Shown: positions 1 through 8,107, numbered from the stretch's first letter. The stretch is DNA of 22,553 nucleotides from Candidatus Ratteibacteria bacterium (GCA_049971295.1 JBMFLH010000028.1:1-22553); one strand, 5' to 3'. Notes: generated by a model from the sequence alone, not told the origin. Program-made: numbers and translations.

Positions 1-1
1 C

Positions 2-182
2 CGCTCCAGTTCAAATCCCTTTCAAAGAAGAAAAAACGGAGGGTGAGGGATTTGAGCGCCCTCGCCTCCCACTACGGCTCGGGTCGGCCAGCCGCACAAG
101 TCCTCGCTTGCTCGGACTTATACGTCTTCGCTCCAGTTCAAATCCCTTTCAAAGAAGAAAAAACGGAGGGTGAGGGATTTGA
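2..182. repeat. tRNA-linked direct repeat: exact 54-bp copies at 2-55 and 129-182 (127-bp period)
   Basis: CGCTCCAGTTCAAATCCCTTTCAAAGAAGAAAAAACGGAGGGTGAGGGATTTGA occurs twice. Each copy comprises the last 19 nt of the tRNA-Ser plus 35 nt of its 3' trailer. The left copy reaches the window edge, so further units may exist. Confidence 0.95.
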
Positions 183-247
183 ACCCCCATGTCCCGTGAG
201 GGACGGTGGATTTCAAGTCCACTGCCTTACCGTTAGGCTAACCCTCC
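164..247 (-). tRNA. tRNA-Ser(TGA), CCA not encoded
   Basis: Minus strand reads GGAGGGT TAGCCTAACGGTAAGGCA GTGGA-CTTGAAA-TCCAC, long variable arm GTCCC-TCAC-GGGAC, T-arm GGGGG-TTCAAAT-CCCTC, ACCCTCC-G. Acceptor stem pairs fully; discriminator G and long variable arm fit class II Ser. Confidence 0.97.
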
Positions 248-263
248 AGTGTATTCATAATAT

Positions 264-292
264 ATTATAGCAGGTCATACCGTTTTATTAAA
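264..292 (-). promoter_or_regulatory. Putative sigma70 promoter of tRNA-Ser (extended -10)
   Basis: Minus strand TGC-TATAAT (272-264); TTTAAT lies 17 bp upstream (292-287); the -10 is about 16 nt before the tRNA 5' end. Confidence 0.65.
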
Positions 293-303
293 ATGCCAAT
301 GAA

Positions 304-332
304 TTGACTTTAACTGCTGTTGGTTTTATTAT
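304..332 (+). promoter_or_regulatory. Putative sigma70 promoter of the mscS-truA-dcw operon
   Basis: TTGACT (304-309), 17-bp spacer, TATTAT (327-332); predicted +1 at about 339-340. Confidence 0.7.
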
Positions 333-339
333 TTACTCT

Positions 340-1104
340 ATGGAGAAAATTGGCACTGAATATTTCAATAAATTCCTGCTTTATCTGCCAAAAATTCCTT
401 TAGCACTGGTTATTGTGCTGGCAGGATGGTTTCTTGGGAAAACATGGAATCGTTTTTATTTAAAAATATCAAAAAATTCCAGAATAGATGCGCTTGCAAG
501 AAAATACATAGCTCGGCTTGTTTACATGGCAATATTTGCCTTTTCAATTATCATCGCCCTTTCAACTCTTGGTTTGAATATATCTCCCTTTCTTGCAGGG
601 ATAGGCGCTGGTGGATTAATTATCGGATTTGGTGTAAGAGAAACTGTAGCTGATTTTGCGGCAGGAATCATGATTTTTATATACAGGCCTTTCAAAATAG
701 GAGACCTTGTAAAAATCTGCGGGGTTGAAGGAGAGGTGGTCGCAATCAGTCCCGTGAATATTGAACTCAAAGCAAAGGATTCCAGAAAAGTTCTTGTTCC
801 AAATCGCAGTGCATGGGGACAGATTATTTACAATTCAACAAAGGATGGGAAGAATATATGTGCCCTTCAAATAACTGTAAGTCAAGAAACAACAAATCTT
901 GATGAAATACTCAACCCTGTTTTTCAGCAATTTAATATTAAATACAGATGTTGCTTAATGGGCATTCTGCCATCTGGTTTAAACTATACAATTTACGTGG
1001 AAATACCAAAAGACATGTCAGTTGAATTAGACCAGATTATCAAAAATCTCTGGGTTCGATTGCAAGAGAAAAATATCAATGCCACAATCACCCTTCAATC
1101 GTGA
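340..1104 (+). CDS. mscS: Small-conductance mechanosensitive channel (MscS family)
   Basis: Three hydrophobic helices, TM3 motif FLAGIGAGGLIIGFG-x-RETVADFAAGI, RPFKIGDLV, VLVPN. Start placed at ATG 340 because the TTG at 304 is the -35 box. Confidence 0.9.
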   Translation: MEKIGTEYFNKFLLYLPKIPLALVIVLAGWFLGKTWNRFYLKISKNSRIDALARKYIARLVYMAIFAFSIIIALSTLGLNISPFLAGIGAGGLIIGFGVRETVADFAAGIMIFIYRPFKIGDLVKICGVEGEVVAISPVNIELKAKDSRKVLVPNRSAWGQIIYNSTKDGKNICALQITVSQETTNLDEILNPVFQQFNIKYRCCLMGILPSGLNYTIYVEIPKDMSVELDQIIKNLWVRLQEKNINATITLQS

Positions 1105-1868
1105 AAAAGGTCAGATTTAAGGCAAAAGTCACTTACGATGGCGCTGATTTTTATGGATGGCAGATTCAGCCAGGGAAAAAAACTGTACAGACAGAAATAG
1201 AAAGGGTTCTATCTCAAATTTTTCAACAGAATGTAAAAATTCAGGGGTGTGGTAGAACTGACACTGGAGTTCACGCAATATGTTATGTGTTTTCTTTTTC
1301 TGTTCATACGAATATGACGCCTGTTGAAGTGATGAAAGCAACAAACGCACTCCTTGACAAAAAAATAAGAATAAAAGACGTGTCTTATGCAGAAAATAAC
1401 TTTCATCCAAGATTTGACGCAAGAAAAAAGATATATCGTTATTTGATTAGTGAATTCAATTCACCATTTTTAATAAATAGGGCATGGTATATCTGTCAGA
1501 AACTTAATATCACGAAAATGAAAAAGGCAGCAGCACATATTGTTGGAACGCATGATTTTGCATGTTTTCAAGCGTCGGGGAGAAAAGCAAAAAACACCAT
1601 TAGAACAATTGAATATATTAAAATAAACCGGGAAAGATTTTGCCTGGACCCAGAAGTAAAGATTATTGTCATTGAAATATGCGGCACTGGATTTCTTTAT
1701 AAAATGGCACGAAATATTGTTGGAACTCTTGTGGATGTAGGGAGGGGAAAAAAATTGCCAGAACAGATAAAAGAGATTATTGAATCAAAAGACAGAAAAC
1801 TTGCATCTGCAACTGCTCCAGGACACGGACTTTATTTGAAAGATGTAATTTACGAAAGAGAACCATGA
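1101..1868 (+). CDS. truA: tRNA pseudouridine(38-40) synthase
   Basis: YDGADFYGWQIQ, GRTDTGVHA (catalytic Asp), FHPRFDA, GTHDF, FLYKMARNIVG, TAPGHGLYL; GTGA overlap with mscS. Confidence 0.97.
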   Translation: MKKVRFKAKVTYDGADFYGWQIQPGKKTVQTEIERVLSQIFQQNVKIQGCGRTDTGVHAICYVFSFSVHTNMTPVEVMKATNALLDKKIRIKDVSYAENNFHPRFDARKKIYRYLISEFNSPFLINRAWYICQKLNITKMKKAAAHIVGTHDFACFQASGRKAKNTIRTIEYIKINRERFCLDPEVKIIVIEICGTGFLYKMARNIVGTLVDVGRGKKLPEQIKEIIESKDRKLASATAPGHGLYLKDVIYEREP

Positions 1869-2776
1869 AAAAAAATCTTGTTGATAAGGGTACCCTTATA
1901 AAAATCTTCAAAGACCGCGTTTTGTTTGATATTTCTGCAAAATCTTTAACGAGTTTCAAAACAGGTGGAATTTTGCCTGTCGTGGTTTTCCCTTCAAAAA
2001 AACAGGAAATTGAATTTCTATTGAGCTTGAAAAAAGAGGGAATTTCAATAAAATTCCTTGGCGCTGGTTCAAATGTTCTTGTGAGTGATGATGGATTTGA
2101 TGGTATCATTGCAAGCACAAAAAATTTTTCTGGTGTCAAATATCAGGACGGAGTTTTAAGTGCACTGGCAGGAACAAAAGTAAACAATGTGATTGGTTAC
2201 TGCGTAAGAAATCACCTTACTGGCCTTGAGTTTCTTGCGGGTATTCCAGGTACTATTGGCGGCTGCCTTATCATGAATGCAGGCATAAAGAATAAAAGTA
2301 TTTCAGATGTCGTCGGAATTGTTGAGTATATGAATTATGAAGGCAAATGGATTAAAGAGAAAAAGGAAAATCTGTTATGGAAATATAGGTATTCACAGCT
2401 TAAAGAAAAATCCTTTTTCATTTTTTCATGCACCTTAAAAGTAGAAGTTGGCAATAAAGACACAATAAGACAAAGCATAGCCAACATTATGCAAAAGAGA
2501 AGAATAAGCCAGCCATTAGAATATCCATCCGCTGGATCAGTGTTTAAGAATCCGCCAGATCACTATGCTGGTAAGTTAATTGAACAGGCAGGGTTGAAGG
2601 GCTACAGAATCGGGGATGCAGCAATCTCTGAAAAACATGCAAATTTTATTGTTAACCTTGGGAAAGCTACGTCTTCTGATATCTGGAAAATTATCTGTCA
2701 CATTCAGGAAACAGTGAAAAAACAGTATAATATCTATCTCGAAACAGAAATAGAAATCATAGGGAGGTTCTCTTGA
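1865..2776 (+). CDS. murB: UDP-N-acetylenolpyruvoylglucosamine reductase
   Basis: TSFKTGG, GAGSNVL, IPGTIGGCLIMNAG, YRYS, SAGSVFKNP, HANFIVN, LETEI; ATGA overlap with truA. Confidence 0.97.
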   Translation: MKKNLVDKGTLIKIFKDRVLFDISAKSLTSFKTGGILPVVVFPSKKQEIEFLLSLKKEGISIKFLGAGSNVLVSDDGFDGIIASTKNFSGVKYQDGVLSALAGTKVNNVIGYCVRNHLTGLEFLAGIPGTIGGCLIMNAGIKNKSISDVVGIVEYMNYEGKWIKEKKENLLWKYRYSQLKEKSFFIFSCTLKVEVGNKDTIRQSIANIMQKRRISQPLEYPSAGSVFKNPPDHYAGKLIEQAGLKGYRIGDAAISEKHANFIVNLGKATSSDIWKIICHIQETVKKQYNIYLETEIEIIGRFS

Positions 2777-3684
2777 AAATTGTTGTATTGTGCGGTGGAG
2801 ATAGTCCTGAAAGGGATGTTTCCCTTGTTTCTGGTGATTCAGTAGCAAAAGCGCTTTCAAAGAAACACAGAGTGATAAAACTTGACCCATCAGTTAGGGA
2901 TTTTGCAAGAAAACTTTTGAAAATAAACCCTGATTGCGTGTTTATTGCTCTTCATGGTGGGAAAGGAGAGAATGGAACAATTCAAGGATTTCTGGAGACA
3001 TTGAACATTCCATTCACAGGTTCAGGAGTGTGCGCAAGCGCTATCTGCATGAACAAAATTATTATGAAAAAAATTTTGTTGTTTCATAAAATTCCTACAC
3101 CTGATTTTGTTGTCGCAGAAAAACAAACGATGCCACATATTCCTTTTTCTTCTCCATGGGTTGTTAAACCAGCAAATCTTGGTTCAACGCTCGGGATTTC
3201 TGTTGTTGGTAGCACATACGAAATGAAAAAAGCTCTGTCAAAAGCGTTTAAGTTAGATTGTGAGGTTTTCATAGAAAAATTCATAAAAGGAAAAGAAATT
3301 ACGATTGGAATTATCGGCAACGAAGATTTACAGGTACTTCCACCTGTTGAAATCAGAACAAACAGGAAGTTGTATGATTACACAGCAAAATATAAAAAAG
3401 GAGGAAGCCAGCATATTATTCCTCCAGAGATAAATAAAAAACACATCGATAAAGCATCTGAATATGCGCTTCAAACATATAAGGTTTTAGGGTGTGCTGG
3501 TTGCGCAAGGATGGAAATAATCATTCAGGATAATGGTGATATGTTTATTCTTGATGTCAATACCATCCCAGGTTTTACACCGTTAAGTCTTCTACCAGAC
3601 GCAGCAGCTCATGCAGGGATTTCATTTGAACAATTATGTGAAAAACTTATTGATTTAGGACTTCAAAGATGCGGGAAAAATTGA
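2773..3684 (+). CDS. ddl: D-alanine--D-alanine ligase
   Basis: GGDSPERDVSL, ALHGGKGENGTIQG, PFTGS, VKPANLGS, LYDYTAKY, VNTIPGFT; TTG start overlapping the murB stop. Confidence 0.96.
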   Translation: MKIVVLCGGDSPERDVSLVSGDSVAKALSKKHRVIKLDPSVRDFARKLLKINPDCVFIALHGGKGENGTIQGFLETLNIPFTGSGVCASAICMNKIIMKKILLFHKIPTPDFVVAEKQTMPHIPFSSPWVVKPANLGSTLGISVVGSTYEMKKALSKAFKLDCEVFIEKFIKGKEITIGIIGNEDLQVLPPVEIRTNRKLYDYTAKYKKGGSQHIIPPEINKKHIDKASEYALQTYKVLGCAGCARMEIIIQDNGDMFILDVNTIPGFTPLSLLPDAAAHAGISFEQLCEKLIDLGLQRCGKN

Positions 3685-4427
3685 TCCAGGAAAGAAAAAA
3701 AAGAATTAAGAAATATTTGTATCTATTACTGCTGTTATTGATAATAGGGCTGTTTTTTTACCTGAAACTTTTTCTGCCTGTCTGGTTGAAAAACATATCA
3801 ATCTTTTCTCTGAAAAACATTATCGTTGAACCCGACTCATACAGTTCGTTTGTTAAAGGATATATTTCTGTGCCAGAAGGTTCAAGTATCTTTTCAGTCA
3901 ATATGGCTGATATTTATACAAGATTGAAACAGGTGTATTTTATTGAAGATTGTTATATTGAAAAACGTTTACCTGATACACTTGTTGTCAGATTAAAAAT
4001 CAGAACTCCGTGGGTTGTTGTCACAAACACCAGTTCAGCTGCATTAATGGACAGAAATGGTTATTTCCTTCCATTGCAAGAAAATTTTAAAGGATGGCAT
4101 ATTCATGGGATTCACATTGAGCAAATTGGTGACAAAACATCTGATATTGATAAACTTGAGATTTTGAAAGAGATTGAACAGTGGTATAATTATTACGGGA
4201 TTGCCAATCTTTTTCCCGTTGACACAGTGGCTATCGATGACCCTGACAGAATAGAGCTGGTATCAGGTGATGCGAAAATATACATTCATAAAAACGAAAT
4301 TGAAAAGCAAATTGCGACAGCAAAAGAGGTTCTTAAAAATTGCAAGAAAAATAACTTTTTGTTTGAGTATATTGATGTGAGGTTTCAACAACCTTACATA
4401 AAAGAAAGGCTGCTGGAAAAACAATGA
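3669..4427 (+). CDS. ftsQ: Cell division protein FtsQ/DivIB
   Basis: Basic N-terminus plus a single TM helix, POTRA-like IEKRLPDTLVV, LMDRNG, C-terminal YIDVRF; sits between ddl and ftsA. Confidence 0.88.
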   Translation: MREKLIQERKKRIKKYLYLLLLLLIIGLFFYLKLFLPVWLKNISIFSLKNIIVEPDSYSSFVKGYISVPEGSSIFSVNMADIYTRLKQVYFIEDCYIEKRLPDTLVVRLKIRTPWVVVTNTSSAALMDRNGYFLPLQENFKGWHIHGIHIEQIGDKTSDIDKLEILKEIEQWYNYYGIANLFPVDTVAIDDPDRIELVSGDAKIYIHKNEIEKQIATAKEVLKNCKKNNFLFEYIDVRFQQPYIKERLLEKQ

Positions 4428-5698
4428 AAAATGAGACCATTGTTTCTCTTGATATAGGTTCACACAAAATTACCGGAATGGTAGCTATTGTGAATGATGT
4501 GTCATTGGAAATTGTTGGCGCAGAGCACATAGAATACGAGGAAGAAATCGTACAAAATGGTAGAGTTATTGATATGGACGGTTGTACTGAATACATAAAA
4601 AGGGTGCTCTCAGAACTTGAACAACAGACAAATATAAGTTTGCCTCTGGTGAATATCAGCATCGGTGGTGGGTTTGTGAGGGGATGGACTGCATCTCATA
4701 AGCTCGGACTGGAATCATCTCGAAGAAGAATCACAGAATTAGATATTGAAAATCTTTTGAAGCATGTGAAAAACAATAGCAAAATTCCGCCGGAGTCACA
4801 CATTTTGAAACTACTTCCACAGGAATACATTATTGACGACGAGACACATGTTAAGAAAAATCCAAAGGGAATGTTCGGCAGTTCTATTGGTGCGCTTGTT
4901 CACATATGCGTTGTCCTTGACAATCCTTTGCAAAATATCATAGAGTGCATCAAGAAAGCTGGATCTGAAGTCGATGGCATTTATCCGCATTCCTGGGCAT
5001 CAGCAGAAGCATTACTTTCAGAAGAAGAAAAAAAATCAGGAGTCCTTGTTATTGATTTTGGAAAGGGAACTACAGATTTTCTTGTTTATTCAGACGGAAA
5101 TCTTTATGGAACCTATTCCATAAAATGCGGTGGAGAATTGATTGACAGGGATTTATCTCTGATATTAAACATTTCAATGGAGTCAGCAAGTGAAATTAAG
5201 AAAAATTATGGATGGTGCAATTACCAGAGCCTGGTTGCCAAGAAATCACCTGAACTTGAGGCACAAGTCGAAGTGAGAACAGTTGGCACCGGAGCAAAAA
5301 TGATGATAGGGGTTGATAAAATTTCAAGGTTCGTCTATGAAAGAACCGATGATATTCTTAGGGTTAGAGTGAAAAACATTATTGAAAAAGACCTTGGAAA
5401 ATCACCACGCCTTGGAGCGGGTATCGTGTTGACTGGTGGTTCTTCTCAATTGAAAGGACTTGTTGATTGTGTTCAGGAAATGTTCAAAAAACCAGCAAGA
5501 TTAGGAACACCGAAAGGCATTTTGGGCCTGGCTGCTTCTTATCAATATCCGTGTTTTTCTGCAGTCGTCGGGACCCTGTTGCTACGAAAAAAAGAAATGG
5601 CAATTAATGAACAACCAGTACCCGCATGGTTAAAGAAATTGCAACAATTCAGAAAAAAAACTGAAGATAAATTGAAAAAAATATGGGAGGGATGGTAA
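4424..5698 (+). CDS. ftsA: Cell division protein FtsA
   Basis: LDIGSHKI, PQEYIIDD..KNPKGMFG, IDFGKGTTD, LTGGSSQLKG, ARLGTP, amphipathic Trp-containing C-terminus. Confidence 0.95.
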   Translation: MKNETIVSLDIGSHKITGMVAIVNDVSLEIVGAEHIEYEEEIVQNGRVIDMDGCTEYIKRVLSELEQQTNISLPLVNISIGGGFVRGWTASHKLGLESSRRRITELDIENLLKHVKNNSKIPPESHILKLLPQEYIIDDETHVKKNPKGMFGSSIGALVHICVVLDNPLQNIIECIKKAGSEVDGIYPHSWASAEALLSEEEKKSGVLVIDFGKGTTDFLVYSDGNLYGTYSIKCGGELIDRDLSLILNISMESASEIKKNYGWCNYQSLVAKKSPELEAQVEVRTVGTGAKMMIGVDKISRFVYERTDDILRVRVKNIIEKDLGKSPRLGAGIVLTGGSSQLKGLVDCVQEMFKKPARLGTPKGILGLAASYQYPCFSAVVGTLLLRKKEMAINEQPVPAWLKKLQQFRKKTEDKLKKIWEGW

Positions 5699-5699
5699 T

Positions 5700-6878
5700 A
5701 TGGTTAACTTTGTTCTTGAAGAAACCAAAATCACGCCAATAAGAATTAAGACAATCGGCGTGGGTGGTGGCGGTGGAAAAATTGTTGGAAGAATTGCTTC
5801 TTCTTTTCAGAATATTGAGACTGTTGCCATTGATACTGATGTTCAGGCGCTTCAACATTGTCCTGTTTCATTGAAGGTTCAGATCGGAGAAAAGATTACT
5901 CAAGGAATTGGCGGAGCTGGTTCTGATCCGGAGAAAGGGAAGTACGCAGCAAATGAGGACCAGGAAAAAATTAGAGAAGTCCTGAAAAATACCCATATTG
6001 TTTTTATTATTGCAGGACTTGGCGGCGGCACAGGAACAGGCGCATCTCCAGTTGTCGCAAAAATCGCAAGGGACATGGGTGCCCTTGTTATCGCAACTGT
6101 CACTCTTCCATTCAAGTGGGAAAAACGGGACAAACAGGCAGAAATAGGGATGAGCAACCTTAAGGCAAATGTTGACACGCTGATCACAATCAGCAACGAA
6201 CGATTACACGAAATTGTGGAAAGAGATACATCAATCAGAGATGCCTTTGCCAGAGTGGATGAGGTGGTGAGCCGTTCCATATTTGCTGTCGCTGATTTAA
6301 TCAACAAGCCCTCTCACATTATGGACCTTGATTTTACAGATATAAAAAGAGTGCTTCAGAATGGAGGTAGGGGTATTGTTGGAACAGGGGTTTCCAAAGG
6401 AGAAAAAAAGACCGTCAAAGCACTCAAAGCAGCACTCGACGACCCGCTTCTTGGCGAAAAAGGTATTCAGGAAGCAAAAAATATTCTTGTCAGCATCATT
6501 GGCAGCCCAGACCTGACACTTCAGGATGTTGTTGAGGCGATGAACCATATCAATGATGTTGCGCATATTCAACAGGTGGCGTTTGGTTTAAGTATTGATG
6601 AAAAAATTAACGATGAAGTCAAGGTGACACTCATTGCCACAGGAATTGAACCTGGAAAAGAAACACCTACCAGAATTACAGAGAAAACTCACCAGGAAGA
6701 GGGTGTATTCGGAGAAATTGAAAAGGACGTTGAAATTCCACCCTCATGGAGGCGACATACCCACAGCAGGGAAACACAAGACAAAGATAGTGAAATTTTT
6801 GATAAGGAGTACTCATCTGAAGATATGGAAATACCCCCAAGCATGAGGAGGAAAAACAATGAAAGCAGGCATCTGTAA
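5700..6878 (+). CDS. ftsZ: Cell division GTPase FtsZ (divergent)
   Basis: IGVGGGGG, tubulin signature AGLGGGTGTGASP, DTLITISNERL, LDFTD, VTLIATG; directly after ftsA. Confidence 0.97.
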   Translation: MVNFVLEETKITPIRIKTIGVGGGGGKIVGRIASSFQNIETVAIDTDVQALQHCPVSLKVQIGEKITQGIGGAGSDPEKGKYAANEDQEKIREVLKNTHIVFIIAGLGGGTGTGASPVVAKIARDMGALVIATVTLPFKWEKRDKQAEIGMSNLKANVDTLITISNERLHEIVERDTSIRDAFARVDEVVSRSIFAVADLINKPSHIMDLDFTDIKRVLQNGGRGIVGTGVSKGEKKTVKALKAALDDPLLGEKGIQEAKNILVSIIGSPDLTLQDVVEAMNHINDVAHIQQVAFGLSIDEKINDEVKVTLIATGIEPGKETPTRITEKTHQEEGVFGEIEKDVEIPPSWRRHTHSRETQDKDSEIFDKEYSSEDMEIPPSMRRKNNESRHL

Positions 6879-7668
6879 TGAGATTTTCTCGTCATGGACT
6901 ATTGAAAAAACTATTGAATATGTAAGCAAAATTGGCTATGATGGGCTTGAAATTGCTCCTTTTACTTTGGCCAATTCGGTTGAAGACATTTCAACGCAAA
7001 AAAGAAATGAAATTAGAAAACTGGCTGAAAAATGTTGCATTGAAATTATCGGCACACACTGGTTATTGGTGAAACCCGAAGGACTTTCAATTTCTTCATC
7101 TTCTGCTGAGTTGAGAAAGAAAACTTCACAGTACTTTGAGCAACTTGTTCAATTTACCTCTGATATTGGTGGAAAGATTATGGTGCTTGGTTCTCCAAAA
7201 CAGAGGTCTATAAACCCTGATCAAACAAAGCAGGAAGTGATCGAATATTTCAAAGAAGTCATAAGACCACCTCTTGAGGTCGCAAAGCAAAACAATATTA
7301 CAATCTGCTTAGAACCCCTTGCGAAAACAGAAACAAATTTCGTCAATACTGTAACAGAGGCACTGGAAGTCATAAAAGAAGTGAACCATCCAAATCTCAA
7401 ATTGATTCTTGATGTAAAAGCCATGAGCGATGAAAACAGACCTTTTTCTGAAATCATTTTTGAAGGCAGAGATTACCTTTCTCATTTTCACGCCAATGAC
7501 AAAAATTTACTGGGACCTGGTTTTGGAGATGTTGACTTTGGCCCAATTATAAAGGCATTAAAAGAAATCTCATACCAGGGATATATTTCAGTAGAGGTTT
7601 TTGACTTTTCACCAGGACCAGAAAATATCGCAGAGAAAAGTATTCAGTACCTTAAAAAGTTCCTTTGA
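6859..7668 (+). CDS. Sugar phosphate isomerase/epimerase (xylose-isomerase-like TIM barrel; ketose 3-epimerase-like)
   Basis: GYDGLEIAPF, LGSPKQR, CLEPL..ETNF, LDVKAM, HFHAND, GPGFG, YQGYISVEVF; SD AGGAGG inside the ftsZ 3' end; 20-nt overlap with ftsZ. Confidence 0.88.
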   Translation: MKAGICNEIFSSWTIEKTIEYVSKIGYDGLEIAPFTLANSVEDISTQKRNEIRKLAEKCCIEIIGTHWLLVKPEGLSISSSSAELRKKTSQYFEQLVQFTSDIGGKIMVLGSPKQRSINPDQTKQEVIEYFKEVIRPPLEVAKQNNITICLEPLAKTETNFVNTVTEALEVIKEVNHPNLKLILDVKAMSDENRPFSEIIFEGRDYLSHFHANDKNLLGPGFGDVDFGPIIKALKEISYQGYISVEVFDFSPGPENIAEKSIQYLKKFL

Positions 7669-7672
7669 CATT

Positions 7673-8062
7673 TCAGCCAATTGAAACATTGATTTCTGGC
7701 TTATGCATCAGGGTTTGTTTTACGATACAACCATCAACTGCTTCCATGACACCCTTTTGATGCTCCTTGGGTAGATTTGGAATTGAAATTTTCACATCAA
7801 TTTTTGAAATCCTATCAGGATTTTTTGCTTTTTCAAAGCTGGCGTCAATCTGTAGCCCATCAACAGGGATTCTATGTTTTGTGCAATAAAAGAGAGCGTA
7901 ATATCCCAAGCAGGAAGCAAGGCTCAAGACCAGCAATTCTGGAGGCATTGGACCTTCGTCTGTTCCCTGACGGTCTGGGGTTAAATCAACGGTCATACTA
8001 TGCTTTCTGATTTTTGCTTCAAATTTTAACCTATTTACAAACTTCACTGTTATTGCTGCCAT
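7673..8062 (-). CDS. OsmC/Ohr family protein
   Basis: GTDEGPMPPELLVLSLASC and CIVKQTL (two conserved Cys); SD AGGGGG. Confidence 0.88.
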   Translation of the reverse strand: MAAITVKFVNRLKFEAKIRKHSMTVDLTPDRQGTDEGPMPPELLVLSLASCLGYYALFYCTKHRIPVDGLQIDASFEKAKNPDRISKIDVKISIPNLPKEHQKGVMEAVDGCIVKQTLMHKPEINVSIG

Positions 8063-8078
8063 AATTCCCCCTTGTTTA

Positions 8079-8107
8079 TTGAAATTACTTTGCTCTGGTG
8101 CTATAAT
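8079..8107 (+). promoter_or_regulatory. Near-consensus sigma70 promoter for the Hyi-family gene
   Basis: TTGAAA (8079-8084), 17-bp spacer, TATAAT (8102-8107) with a TG extension at 8099-8100. Confidence 0.75.

Noticed and set aside
2..182. CRISPR array interpretation of the 54-bp repeats
   Set aside because: Only two copies are visible, the repeat is tRNA-derived and longer than usual, the spacer is 73 bp, and there are no cas genes in the window.
43..270. 75-aa plus-strand ORF
   Set aside because: Antisense to tRNA-Ser and its repeat; the peptide is a typical reverse-tRNA translation (EGEGFEPP).
304..339. TTG 304 as the mscS start
   Set aside because: It coincides with the -35 box and has no SD; ATG 340 fits better.
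5900..6307. 135-aa antisense ORF within ftsZ and similar shadow ORFs
   Set aside because: Antisense to conserved genes, with no motifs or ribosome-binding sites.
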